Shown here piece by piece: positions 12,207-25,100 of a DNA stretch of 64,000 nt (the stretch's first letter is position 1; every line of letters starts with the position of its first letter). The notes below the pieces were generated by a model, which saw only the letters and a program-made list of their open reading frames with translations, searched no databases and had not been told where the DNA came from. The DNA lies in assembly GCF_963506605.1 (NCBI RefSeq), contig NC_083278.1:35154001-35218000 (forward strand), given 5' to 3'. The position numbers and the translations under genes were made by a program. The DNA comes from Zootoca vivipara (Eukaryota).

Positions 12207-15200
12207 CAAAAGTTTCCTTACTTCATACTGCTTGCTCTCCCCCCCCCCCTTTAAGATCTAGCCTTCTTTTATTACCTAACACGGACTCTTCGTTCAGTGA
12301 AACCATTGAGCTATGTGAAATGCGCTTATGATCTTCGCCTTGTAAATCCGCAAAAATGAAAACTACAGCAGACGTGCCAGTTTAACACGGAGGCACTTAG
12401 TATTCTTTGGTGCTGTTTTGTTTTCTCTCTTTCTGCCGGCAATCCCCACAGCGAGCCAACTGGTTCGCACGCTTCTTAACATTCACCATGTGGGTCCCAA
12501 GCAAATAATCTTCCTTGGCATCATATCATCTCTCTTCCTGACTCCTGTGTAACTTTGCCATTGTCCTGAAAGAGAGTGTAACATCTAGGCAACTTAGCAT
12601 TCATGATCGATGCTCTCAAGCCTGGAGCGCCCCGAACAAGGTTAAGCGGTGGCAAAATCCCATCACAAAATTCAATCATCTGTACTGAAGAGAAGTATTT
12701 TATGGGGGAGGGGGTAAGATAAAGTTGCAAGGTGATGAATATTTCCTGGGAAAAAAGGGTTAAATGTTCTTCGTTTGCCACTAACTTTATGGGCAGGTAA
12801 GGGCACAAGAAGAGTCCTGCTGGAGTAGACTGAAAGCTCATTTAGCCTAGCTTTCAGCATTCCAAGTGCCTCTGGGAAACTCAAAAGCAAGACATGTGGG
12901 ACTTGTGCACACTAGGAATCCTCCACTAGTGTCCCCTGGCAAACGGTATCCAAGAGGCTGAGACCAAGTAAGGTTATTTCTTCTAAAGAGTTAGCCTGCC
13001 CATAGTTACCTATGTGTTGGTAACCTCAAGGCAGGATTAGGCTTTCCATGGGACTGTCCAATGAGGCTTATTCCCACGCAGGTAGGTATAGGATTGCAGC
13101 TTTAATGTAACAACTGGGAGCACAATTCCGCCAGATGTAAAGATTCAAACACCTTTAGCTCCCATTGATTTCGATTAAACACATATTTAAACCTCTCCTT
13201 TTAAATTCTTGGGACTTGAAAGCACTTGCTGAATCATGCCCCTGGTTTGTTATTGAGTGTTTTGTTCTGGTCTCTTCCCCCTGCCCCCCCCCAAAAAACC
13301 TCAGGGCCATATATCTTTTTATCCCCATCACCCTGTATTAGGTCATCTCAATATTTTAAATTGTCTTGGTCCACCCCTGTGAAGCCATTTGGATAGATTA
13401 ACTTGCACACGGGGTCCCCCCCCCTTACTGGAATTCCTGCCCTCTAAATGGAAATTCCAATGAATAGCAGCAGACAGCTCTTCTAAAAAAAAGTTCCTGC
13501 CCTTTCGGAGCACGATGGCTGGCATTTTAAAGTCCCAGGGTTGTGGACTCTGCTGTATAAATAAAATCAATGCACTCCATATATTTGATCAGTCATGACA
13601 CTGGAACAGGACACACTGTGCTGCCTTTGGGAGAAAGGAAGGGAAGCAGTTGCACCTGTCACAACTTTTCATAAGGAATGCACTGTTGTGTAATTCTTCA
13701 GCTCAGGCAATTTAACATAGTTTTAGCTGCTTGTCATAACTTTCCCCCCTAAGTGTGAATGAAATGCTACACTATTCTCAAATGGCCTAATTTAACATGC
13801 TGTGTTATGGCAGGTCTGTATTCATCTTTGATTAGGTGTTTGTTGGTGGTGCTTTATTTATACAGCACCAGACAATATATAAGATATATTGCACAGGAGT
13901 GCAGATGAAAATATTTCACTAAACGCATGCATGTGGCATCTCCTGTACCTCCCAACTTGATCAAGGTTTGCTCTGGTCACTTCTGAGGATGACGGATGTT
14001 GTGGATTGTTCCATGCCGATAGGAAATGAATGTTAAGACTCTAGCCTCTATTCAGACAGTGAACAATGCTTTGAGGATGTGGTGCACAATTTAAAGCTTT
14101 TTCAGAATCCCAGTGGCTGAACTTTCAGTGCACCTAAGAACAAAAAGAAAGCAGATCCCACTCTTCCAAATAACTCATGCATGTTATTTTGAAGATAGAA
14201 AACTGCCTAGTACCAGATCAAGCTCCTTAATGATCTAACCTAGGGATCAGGAACCCATGGGACTCCAAATATAGCTGGACTTCTGCTGCTGTCATGCCTG
14301 ACCATGGACTATCATGTCTGAAACTGATGGGAGTTGGAGTCCAAGATTACCTGGAGGGCATCAGGTTCCCCACTGCTGACCTAACTGAATAATGCCTACT
14401 GTGGAAACGGTTTTCTAGGGTCTCTTCAGGCAGGGACACTATCACTTGCTGCCTGGCCATTTAAATGGAGATGCCAGGTACTAAACCTGCCTACAAGCCC
14501 TTATTTATTAGTCAACTGTAGCCCCTCCCAATTGATGTATAACTGCTGTTACGTAAAGAGAACATTCAGTGAGGAGAGATGAAGTTATAATGGAGTGATT
14601 GAGCACCACTGGATTGGTAATCATTTATCTATTTTATGGCTTCCTAATGGCTATATGCTCCTCAATGTGGGTAGGGCACACATCTAATAACCACCTGTCA
14701 TCATATGATACCAAGTGATTCCAAGTTCAAACCTCTAGGAGAAGGCACAAGCTTATCTCCTGCAGCCCCACAGTGATAAGTCTAGAGATAAGCTTCTGCT
14801 TGCCCTTTAAAAGGTAGCAGGCCAAGGCTTATCACTGATCTTAGCGCTGTGGGACCACAGTGCTGAGATCATAAACCTCTTTTACCATCAAAAAGCAAGC
14901 AGCCACACATACGGTAGTGCTCAGATCAGGTGACTGGCAGGTGTGTCTGGTGTGTCCAAAATGGCCTCACAGGTAAGATTCAGTAGCCTGGCAGGTTTAA
15001 ATAGGCATACAGGACAGATGTTCCCATTACTGTGTTAGATGAAAATGATAAATAAATAGAGCTGTGTGCTATCAGCACATTTACAGCAACACAATCTAAA
15101 TCCAAGGATGATCTTTTCCAGTGGTTGTATTAGATGTTAAATAAAAAGAAAACTGATTTGCATAAAATGAAAGTGTGCAAATTGATATGTATAGATGCAA

Positions 15201-18200
15201 ATTTAGGAATAGTAACTGTTAATTTAAATAAAAATATAATACATCCGGGAAGACTGTGCCCAGACGATCTGTTCAGTCCGCTAACCAGATGCTGTTGATA
15301 GGCAAATTCAAGCCTCCTCTTTCTATCCCTTCTTATGGTCCTTTTAAACCATATTTGGAGCACAAAGCCCTTCATATAGAGAATTGTTCTTTGCAAAATA
15401 GGGCACTTGACTGAAACGAATATCTCAGGAAGCAGTCCTCTAATAAACAGTAATCTAATATCCAATTTTCTGTCTTTGAGTGCCTGAAAGGATACAGCAT
15501 TTGCAGGTAACAACAGGTCTGTGCATAAATCCATCACTTCCATATTCTTCCCTAGATCTCCACTTCCTTGGGCTGCAAGATAAGCCATCAGGCAGTATTT
15601 CTGAAGCAATTTATAGTTAAGTAATTTAAATTTCACAGCTTTGGAAGCCATAAAGTGAGACTTTTCGCTCATTGCAGCTGCCCCAGTGGGATGGTGAAGT
15701 GCTCTAGCAGTTTCAAGGGAAGATTCAGATTTGATCTCAAGATTTGTCTCCAAAACTCCAGGAGAATCCCTCTCAGCATTTTCCATTAGTCCTAGGAATA
15801 TCTATTAAAACTCCTTTTTACTGTTTTCTGAGGTTTCTATTTCTTAGCAAAGGACTAGATTGCCCTTCATTCAAATTCCCCTTTGAGCCTTTGAGCTATC
15901 AAGCTGGGCTTTTTAAGGTACTGATTCAGGGGCCTCCCCCCCCCCAATGTTTTCCATTTTCCCTTTAAGCTTAACTCCCAGAGGGGCAAGTTTCTGTTCT
16001 AACGGCATACAGAGTAGAGTTGAAAGGCACCTCTCCTTCTGCAGCATCCAGTCTTCAATGTCCCCTTGGATTATCTTTAGAGTTTGCCACCTTGCTCCTA
16101 TAGAGGCCATTGTTTGGCGGGGGGGGGGGATAAGCAAGCCCTTCCCAAGCCATCGCTAACTTCACTCTGTGTCTATCTCATTCTTTACACAAGAAGATAT
16201 GGTGTGATAAGAAGCATATTCATGGATTTAAGGTTCTTCTCTGGGCTTATGTTCAATGTGATATTAAACTACGTTTACAAGGCTGGATCAGATTATACAT
16301 CTCCTAGATTGGGTCAATAACAGATGTTACAAACATGTAACATTCAAATATGACCCATGAGTGTAAAATCTAAGGTACTTAGGCCCTGGTTATCCAGTTA
16401 AAGTGTTGGCATTTCTACCTAGGGGTAGGGTGGAGGGAAGGATAGTACCATCCTGAGGATGGAATACTGAGGCAGTCCTGCAGTCAGGCCCAGTGTGAGG
16501 AATCTTTGGTTCTCCTAATGTTGCCATCTTGAACTACAATTCCCATCACCCCTGGTTATTGGCCGTGCTTGCTTGGGGTAATGGGAAGTGAACCAAACAG
16601 GACCTTCCAATCATCATCTGAGGCCCTTCTTTGTGTGCCTTCTCCACGAAAGGTTGAGAGGATGGCAACACGAGATGGGGCCTTTTCTTTGGTGGCTCCC
16701 CGTTTGTGGAATGCTCTCCCCAGGGAGGCTCACCTGGCATCTTCATTAAATATCTTCAGTCACCTGGCAAGACCATTCCTCTTCTCCCAGGCATTCAGCC
16801 AATTAAAAAATCCATGGCTGTTTTAACTGTGTTTGTGGCAGGAGGGGGGGGCGGTATTGTTTTTGTTTGTTACTATGTATTTTTGTGTTTTTATATTGCT
16901 AATTGCTCTGTGATCCTCGGATGTAAGAAGGGGGTAAATAAAGTTAAATAAATAAATAAAAAATAGATCTGCAACATCTGTAGAGCCAAAGTTTCCTGAC
17001 ATTTGAGCTACACTGTAGAATGGACATGGGAAAAGATCGACCAATTAATAGCGCTTGATTCTTGCACCACCATTGGTTGGTTCCCCCCCCCCCCCCAGGC
17101 TTGTCTGTCTGCGTTGACACTGGACATTCAACGGAATTATGGGTCTCACACTAAGCAAATTTATTTGTTTAGTTCATTTGTGCATCTCTGCTTTCCCAGC
17201 GAGTTCCCCCCAATTCATCATCAACAGAACTCAGTGAAGTTGGGTCTGCCTGGTGGGTTGTGACTGACCCAAGCTCCCTACAGCAAAATTCATTGAGGAG
17301 TAAGTGTCGTGTCCGCTATCCACTGCACTCACCTTGGCTCTGTAATTGGCCGATCACTGCCAGAATTTTTTGACAGATGTTTACAGATAACCTTTCAAAC
17401 ATGCTGAACCCTAGGAATTTCGTGGTGGCCCGTGCATTCCCCAAGGAACATGCCTAACCTTGCAATAAAAAGGATAAGAAAACCCCAGTGTAGGATCTAG
17501 AATAGAGAGGCGCATTATAAGCAGACTATTAAAGATGCCTCAAGGGAGTGTTGTTCTGCAATAAGCTGTGATTGCATGATGCTAACCTGAGAGGCGTATA
17601 AGCCAATTAATGTAATTATAATAAACCTTTGCAGAGGTTTGTTTGCTTCTTCTTCAGTACTCAGCAGCCCCCCTGAAGGATGCGAAGGGTTGTGTTTTTC
17701 TGCTGAGAGTCAACCTCCTCCCTACCTCTGTTATCAGATGCAGCCCACATTCTCCTCTCCAGAACAAAAAGGAAAATGTATCCTTTTGTTTTAATGAGCT
17801 TCCCCACCCCGCCCCCACACCAAGTGGCTGACACTCTAATTTGCCTTCAACACTTCATGCCTTCCTGCAACAATGGAAAGTGATTTCTTTCCTAATTAAC
17901 AAATTGAGCTTATTATTAACCTGACTATTCCATTTTCAGTGTTATTCTATCGTGGACATGGAATTGTGTTTCCATGGTCCTGGTAAAGGGGCATTTCCTG
18001 ACCGGCAGGGTGATCCATTGATGTTGCTTCATAAATTGGACTGAGCCTTTTGGTGTATCATCTAGAAAACATAAGTCATTGTTTTGTTTCCTGCAGTTTC
18101 AAAATTGGAAGAAGCATTATTTTATCTGATACAAAATAAATTGCGGTGGTGGTGGTGGTGGTGGTTGTAAACATTTTTCCTGATTGGGGAAAATACTCTG

Positions 18201-19187
18201 TCCCAGCTGTTTGAGAACAAAACTATAGTTGTCTCCTCCTCCTCCTCCCTCCCTCCCTTCTCTCTCTCTCTCTTTCTCTCTCTGTGTGTGTCACACTAAA
18301 GTCAGAAAGGAAATACTTTCACTTGCTTTCCAGGAAAGTAACCGCATTAGTCTGTTGCTCCAAAAATGAACCAGTAATGCTCTCTATATTTATTTATATA
18401 TTCACTGTACAGTATTTATATGCCACAGTTCAGCCATGGTACCTAAAGAACTTTACAATTTTTAAAAAACAGAAAACAAATAAATGGAATAACATGCAAA
18501 GTCAACAGAGTCCTCCTAAGTCCCTTGGGTGCCTGTGGTATGTGCATTCCGGGCTGGGCTTCCTTCCTTCTCTGCAAAATACATTTATTCATGTGTGTAG
18601 CTCACCTGCAGGATGGACTCTTACCCACTTGCTCATTCCTACAGCTCCCATGACTACACATACTTATATGTTAGTGGAAGCAGTAGCAGTCTTTCTGGCC
18701 ATCTCGTGGCTTCCATCTTCATGACGCTGCATGAACTCACTCCTCAACTAATGTTAAGGTCTTTGCCTGGCATATCTGTAGCCCTTCTGCAGGTTTTGTT
18801 TGGTCTTTGGGGTGCCTCTCTCCTTTGGAATATGTATCTTGGACCCTGACAGCAGCCAGAGTCATGATAACAAGTAACTTTAAATAAAGCAGTGCTTTGG
18901 ACAGGCTTAAGCATGCAAGTGCATTTACTGCTTTTTCAAACCCCACAGTGTTTGGTTTTTATACTCCCTGGTAGACCATAAGCAAGGTGCAGAGAAATCC
19001 CTGGTGCGTATCACAGAATGTCTCAGCCAAGTAGCTAATCCTAAATCTTAAGGATGTCACACCTAAATGTCTTAATTCTCCCATATTTAAACTGACATGA
19101 ATCTCTGGTATCCACTGAAATGGATAACATCCAAATCTGAAAGCAGTGAGTACGTCAGTCAAGAGGAAAGCCGGGCGCAGCATCTCT
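11097..19187 (+). repeat. Tandem segmental duplication, copy 2 (~8.09 kb)
   Basis: Same start and end strings as copy 1. The differences I saw are poly-C lengths (C12 vs C14 near 3687/11784; C12 vs C11 near 4140/12239). Confidence 0.97.
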
Positions 19188-19749
19188 GCTTCAACACAAA
19201 GGAGAGTCTCCCCATGGGAAGTGAACTTCTGCCCTCACTAAATAAAATAAAAAGACAGAAATAAATCCTTTCGGTAAAGCACAAGAAATGAGGACAGTTT
19301 CCTCAACAGGCTCTGGGAGCTAGGGAGCTTTTAATGACGGCTGAGGAAATGCAGGTGGACTCCACACGAGAGGCTGAGGGAGCAGAGCGCTTTATGACAT
19401 GTTTCTCCAGCATGAAATTTGTGTGCACAAAGAGTGTCATGTGAGAGGAATTTTGGCTGGTGCTGGTGCTACGGTAGCTTGCCCTGGCCCTCCCAGCAGC
19501 TTTTTCCTCAACCTCTCTCAGCAAACAGGCACACGGGCAAGAAAAACCTGTTGCATGGTGCTGCCTTTTCATACATAAGCTACGTGCTCTTGGGACACAG
19601 TTGCAGTGGGAAATGCTTCCCAGTGTTTCCAGGGGAAAGACAGGAAAAACTGTTTATCCATTTTTCAGTGCTGTTTTTCATTTCCACTCAAATGTAAGTA
19701 CCACTCAGTTTAAGCCAGGTAAGCAAGTATAGGATTACAGCTTGTCTGT

Positions 19750-19910
19750 CCAGTAGTGGTTCAGTGGCATCTGCTTTGCTCACATAAAGTCACAGGTTTA
19801 GACCTCAGGATCTCCTGCCTGAAACTCTGAAGAGCTGCTGGCAGCCAGGGTGGGCAATACTAGATGCACCAATGGTCTGACTCTGTATAAGGCAGCTTCC
19901 TATGTTCTTA
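19750..19910 (+). mobile_element. Old tRNA-derived SINE fragment
   Basis: Degenerate A/B-box head followed by the tail GGTCTGACTCTGTATAAGGCAGCTTCCTATG. Related copies at 24915 (-) and 30378 (+). Confidence 0.5.
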
Positions 19911-20751
19911 CATTTTAACACATTACATAAGGGAAGGGCTAGCCAATAGCTACCCCCTAGAATGCACACCAACTTTCCCCTTCAATGCAATCCCCTTCCA
20001 TACTCAGAGGAGTCCTATTGAGCCTTACTCTCAGATACTTGTGTGTAGGATTGTAGCCTTACCGTTAGTACAAAGATTCAGTCTAACCCTCTGCACAGTG
20101 CAGTTAATCAGATGGCATAGTCAATAAACCTCCGAAGAAGAAGAAGAAGAAGAAGAAAAACCCACTCTGTGTTTTAAAGCTAATAAAGTCACCTGCTGAG
20201 ACCATAAATTTTTTAAGCGGCAGGTGTAACGAATTTCTTTCTGCCAAGAAGATTAATTGTTACTTCCCGAATAAATACCTGCATTTAGCTTTTCAACAGG
20301 AACAACAGGGGGCTTTGATCCTGTAAATGCAAATGTATGTGTCCTTTACAGCTGGGTGTGTCATAAATGCTTACTGTAATCTTCCGCTAATTTAAACTGA
20401 TGTTTGGAGAAACTGCTACCTGGATGGGTAGAACTGGGAGGGTTAGCAGTGTAATTGCTAATCAGAATAATACCACGTTGCAGTGCAGCCAGCTCCTTGA
20501 TGCTTTCTTGGCCATTTTTTCTTCTTTCCCTACCATCCTTGTGCTGAAGGCCTAGAGCACCATCTAGTGAGAAGGAGAGAGCGGATTGCAAAGCATCCAA
20601 CTCTGAGATTTTGCAGCAGAGCATACAGAATTGAGGGTTTTTGTTTTTCTAAGGAAACTGCTGGCACTTCATTTTCAGCCTGGAAACTTAAGACTATGGG
20701 GAACAAAGGAGATTGTGCAGGAGAGCCATTTTTTGCCTTGTGCTACATTTG

Positions 20752-20841
20752 CATAGCTGCCAAGTTTTCCCTTTTCTCGCGAGGAAGCCTATTCAGCATA
20801 AGGGAAAATCCCTTAAAATAAGGGATAACTTGGCAGCTATG
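20752..20841. mobile_element. 90-bp MITE with CATAGCTGCCAAGTT TIRs
   Basis: Perfect 15-bp TIRs flanked by the direct repeat CATTTG. A near-identical copy lies inverted at 30258. Confidence 0.85.
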
Positions 20842-21047
20842 CATTTGAGCCTGTTTACAGCAGGGCTAACACCTCACCCACAACAAATCGACACGGGCAT
20901 TTTAGTTGGGTGGAAAATCAGATACTCATCAGCAAATATATAACGATTCTCCAACATAGTGATAACTACAGTACGGTGGTAGCACTCACTGAGCTGGAAA
21001 GCCGCCTGCCGTTAGCTATGCCTCCAACTCTAAGGAGCAGATCAATG

Positions 21048-21048
<1 letters not shown>

Positions 21049-21103
<55 letters not shown>
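21049..21103. repeat. (TA)n microsatellite
   Basis: Direct read. Confidence 0.95.
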
Positions 21104-21105
<2 letters not shown>

Positions 21106-21439
21106 ATGAGACATGTTAAGTCATTCAGAGTCAAGTCCTAAATATAAAAATAGCAAACAGCTTTCAGAAGGCATGTATCAAACTAAATGGAGCTATTGCA
21201 TAATAACAGAAATGAAGGACACGGGGCAGGGTGGCTAGGTACAAAAACAGGCCAGGGCTCCTGCACCTTTTGATAACTGTGGAGGAGAGGGAATGTAATT
21301 AGCAGAGGGAATCAGTTCACATTCTAAAGGTGCAGAAGCCCTCTTGTTATTCCCCCCCCCCGGCTGCCCTTGCATGGGATCTGTTTAGATGGGATTGCAG
21401 CTGTGGTGCAAAACACTCAAGTCCCCTGCGACAAAAAGT

Positions 21440-21730
21440 TGCAGGATTTTGCAGTTTAGAGAGAAGGCGAGCAAGAGGGCACATGGCAGAGGTGCATGAA
21501 ATCATGCATGGCATAGAGGAAGTGGACAGAGAGGTGCTTTTTCTCCCTTTCTCGTTAACACTAGAACTCGTGGACATCCAATGAAGCGGATTGTTGGAGG
21601 ATTGAAGGGAGATAAAGAAAGTACTTCTTCACACAGTGCATAGTTAAACTATGGAACTTGCTCCCAGAAGAGGTAGTGATGGCCACCCCCATGGATGACT
21701 TCAATACAGAGTCGGATAAATTCATTGAAT
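21440..21730 (+). mobile_element. CR1 LINE ORF2 3' fragment
   Basis: Translates to SLERRRARGHMAEVHEIMHG, matching the CR1 motif SLEKRRLRGDMIEVYKIM, then FFTQCIVKLWNLLP. Confidence 0.8.
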
Positions 21731-22409
21731 TAGGGGGAGGACAGGGGAAGATGCTCATCACCTGAAAAAAACATCGTATGCTTAAAGGATAATAGTATGG
21801 GTTTACCTCTGTGAAATACTGAACCACACAAGAGAAATCATATTAACTGGAAGGGTTTGCGAAGTTATATGCATGTTGATCGTTTTCTGCATGATCACAT
21901 TCATGCATTATTTTAATAGCAATTGACGTCAATAAATGAATTTTAATAGGCTTTTAAGAGCCGTACACCTACTTTTCTTCCTTCTGCTATTGTGTGGTTT
22001 GCTTTTTTGAAAAATACTTTCGGTGCTAACTGGCCTTGTTTGGCCTATATAACAAAGAAATAAAACATCATCAAAACAATGAGGCTGGTGAAGTCTTTCT
22101 ATAGAAAGAGCACGTTTAAATAATAGCCTCCCTGTGGTCATAGCTGGATGCCCTCGCTGTTTCTGATTTAGTGTGTGGGGAGTCAGCAGCTCTCAAACAC
22201 TATCAGGACTTTGCTGGCCAATGGGGAAAAGCACACTGAGAAATGGAGGCTTGAGGGATGTGGTGCCGGTGGGGGGGGGGTTGGGATTCAAACCAGCTCA
22301 GTCTCCTGAATGTCATGCATACCCTGCAACACTCACTTCCGGTTTTCAATCGTTCAGGAGCCGGAACGTTCGACTCCCAAGGTACTCGGAAGCCAAGGTA
22401 TGATTGTAT

Positions 22410-23140
22410 TTAGCTCTTACAAAACCTCATTCTTTAAATGTCAGTGGCAAAGAACTATACAAAAAAGCAAGGAAAGAGGAAATGGAAACTCAGATAAAAT
22501 GAAAGAAAAAAGAGGGCTTAGGATTCTCCAATATATTAGAAACACAGCTACAGGCAATGCTTGAATGGCTTGATCCAGGCCCTAACAAAATATGAACAAA
22601 AGGAATTTAAAATACCTCTACTGTGTATGTTATGGGAAAGTAGTGAGAAGAGGAGATGGCAGAAAGTGTTAATGCCAGTAATGAGATTTATATTTAAGGT
22701 ATGGGATAAAATGAAACAGAAATTGAATTCTTCAGTGTCCCCACGAGAGTCATTTTGTACAGAAGTACTGTATTGGCAATGAATTTTGGAGAATATTGGC
22801 AGCAAGGAGGGTTGGTAAGATTAAAGCAATTGGTTAAGGACGATGATATTTGTACCTATCAATAATTAATTGAGAGAAGGGGTAATAAGAAATTTATAAT
22901 GATATTTCCAATTAAGAAACTTAATTCAAAGTAAATTGAGAGAGAAGTAAACTGCATTTGAAGAATTACTGGTACAAGGCAAACAGAAAGTGACATTGTA
23001 TTATATATTGGCAGTTATGAATGATAGGAAGAAGAAATACTAGGTCCACAGGTTTAAGTAAAAATACTCAAGAGAAGATATGGGAATATATATCTGAATA
23101 AAGCAGGCATTGTGCCCAAGTGTAAGTTTAGGAGAATTTA
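22410..23140 (+). mobile_element. Degenerate L1/Tx1-type ORF2 C-terminal fragment
   Basis: A-rich sense strand. Broken frames give KRGLGFSNI, FKVWDKMKQKL..SVSP and GGLVRLKQLV, typical of the post-RT region of vertebrate L1. Confidence 0.55.
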
Positions 23141-23480
23141 CCCCCCAAATAATAGCAAGATTACTGCAGAGAGGGGAAACCTGATGTTTTTAAAGTCTGC
23201 ATTTTTTGGCACTTCTAGGGAAACCCAATTGCTTGGGTCAACTCCTGCCATTGCTGCCAAAATATCCTGTGACACGAAGGAGTGAAGAACATTTAACGAA
23301 GCATTCACCTTACAAAGCTGTTGTGAAAGGCCGTGTCCAATAATAAAAAAAATCTTATGCTGCAGGAAATTATTAAGGCTGTTGTTAAGAAATCCCAAAG
23401 TAAACTTGGGCAAAAGTGCAAACTAACCTATGTGTTCCCCCTGAAATGCAACCTTCCCACCAGTCCCTCCCACTACCTCT

Positions 23481-23522
23481 TACTCACTCACTCACTCACT
23501 CACTCACTCACTCACTCACTCA
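23481..23522. repeat. (CACT)n microsatellite
   Basis: Direct read. Confidence 0.95.
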
Positions 23523-23750
23523 GCTATCCATTCCAGCTTTTCTCTCACTTGCTGTTTACACTGGGTTGTCACATCAGAACATAAAGAATCATAGTGAATG
23601 CTGCAACATTTTAACACTAACAAGTCATAAACTGGAAGGAGAGTATAGGCTGGAGGAGTGTAGGGCTGGATCTAGACATGTCAAAGAAGCAATTTGGTTA
23701 AACACGTTGTAAACTCGTACAGGGAAATTCAGTAGGGAAAGAGGGACTGT

Positions 23751-23768
23751 GCAGCGCCATCTGGTGTC
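23751..23768 (-). promoter_or_regulatory. CTCF-binding motif match
   Basis: Minus strand GACACCAGATGGCGCTGC fits the CTCF core consensus CCASYAGRKGGCRSY apart from the first base. Confidence 0.55.
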
Positions 23769-24108
23769 ACAGTGTTATATCGCATATACAACACATATGA
23801 AACACTTTTTCTTTACCATACTAGCTGAGTCATAGGTTTGTCTTCCTCACCCTGTTTATTCCCCTTTTAAAGTTTGCCGAGTACCACTAATCTCTGGTAA
23901 AGAATTTAGGCTCCTGCACAGTAAATAAGAATGTTACCGAAGACCTTTAAATTTCATGCAAATGTGATTTGGGAGCTGTGGTGGAATGTACATTACTTTT
24001 AGCTTCAGTGTGTCTACTGGGAAAAGATCCCTATTAAAAACTTATGTCAGCCATTTCCCTGTGTTAGTGTAATGAAGATTTTCTCCTTGGTGTTTTCTAT
24101 GCCTTTTT

Positions 24109-24110
24109 CA

Positions 24111-24179
<69 letters not shown>

Positions 24180-24181
24180 AA
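24109..24181. repeat. (AAAG)n microsatellite
   Basis: Direct read. Confidence 0.95.
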
Positions 24182-24914
24182 CAGTATGTATGTCTTGCTT
24201 TTCTTTTCTGGAATGTTTAATAATTTTTCATGCAAAGTTCCCTAGGAAGCAAGCAATGCCCCCACTTTTCACAGCAAGGCCTACTTAATTAAGGTTGTTT
24301 TGTTCTGCATAAAATATATGAGGCTGCTGGGACGGTGCCTGACGAATTGGTGAACATCCAGTGCCTATATTTAGCATTTTCTTCAGGCCTTTAAAGCTGT
24401 GGCATGATAAACAAGAGTTGTTGACAAAAAAAATTTCTCAAGCTACGGGTTACCAGAATGCCCACATTATTACAACTGAACTAGTAGCGCGTGAGCCATT
24501 GATTCGAAAGCAATGGTTTCATATGGAATAAAATGGCTTTGTCAAAAATCAATAGTGTAACTGCAATTACCACAAGCATTACTTCAAAGATATTAAGAGT
24601 CATAAATCAAACGCACCAGCTGGGGAATAATGATGGCAGTATGAACAAACAAGAAGCAGCGTTGTTGTTGTCTTCCAGAAAGCAGGTGTCAGTGGTTATT
24701 TCCTAATAAAAGACCATGCTTCCTTCCTCCAGCACACACATTTTTCACACTGCAAAGTAAATAGGCCAGAGTTTCTATGAGCGGCATGTCAGATCCTTAG
24801 CTTCAATCCTCTTCGGAGTTAGGTTGCTTAAATCCCATGGAAGTAAGTGGAGCTCTGGTAAGACAGCCCAACAGCCCTTCTCTCCAGTTATTCATATGCG
24901 TGCGTGCCTCTCAT

Positions 24915-25100
24915 ACAGGAATGTTGTCTTATACCGAGTCAGATCATTAGTCCACATAGTTCAATATTGTCCACATTGACTTGACAACAGCTCTCCAGAA
25001 TTTCAACACATCTCTCCCAGCTTCACCTGGAGATGCTGGGGATTGAACCTGCAACCATCTGTATGCTGAGCAGGTGCTCTACCACTGAGTTATGGCCAGT
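24915..25100 (-). mobile_element. tRNA-derived SINE
   Basis: Minus strand shows A-box TAACTCAGTGGTAGAGC and B-box GGTTCAATCC, with a tail related to the 19750 copy. Confidence 0.65.

Noticed and set aside
3000-19187. Duplication interpreted as LTRs, a provirus or a large transposon
   Set aside because: No TG...CA ends, PBS/PPT, TIRs, internal gag/pol or flanking TSD. The unit contains ordinary old TE fragments.
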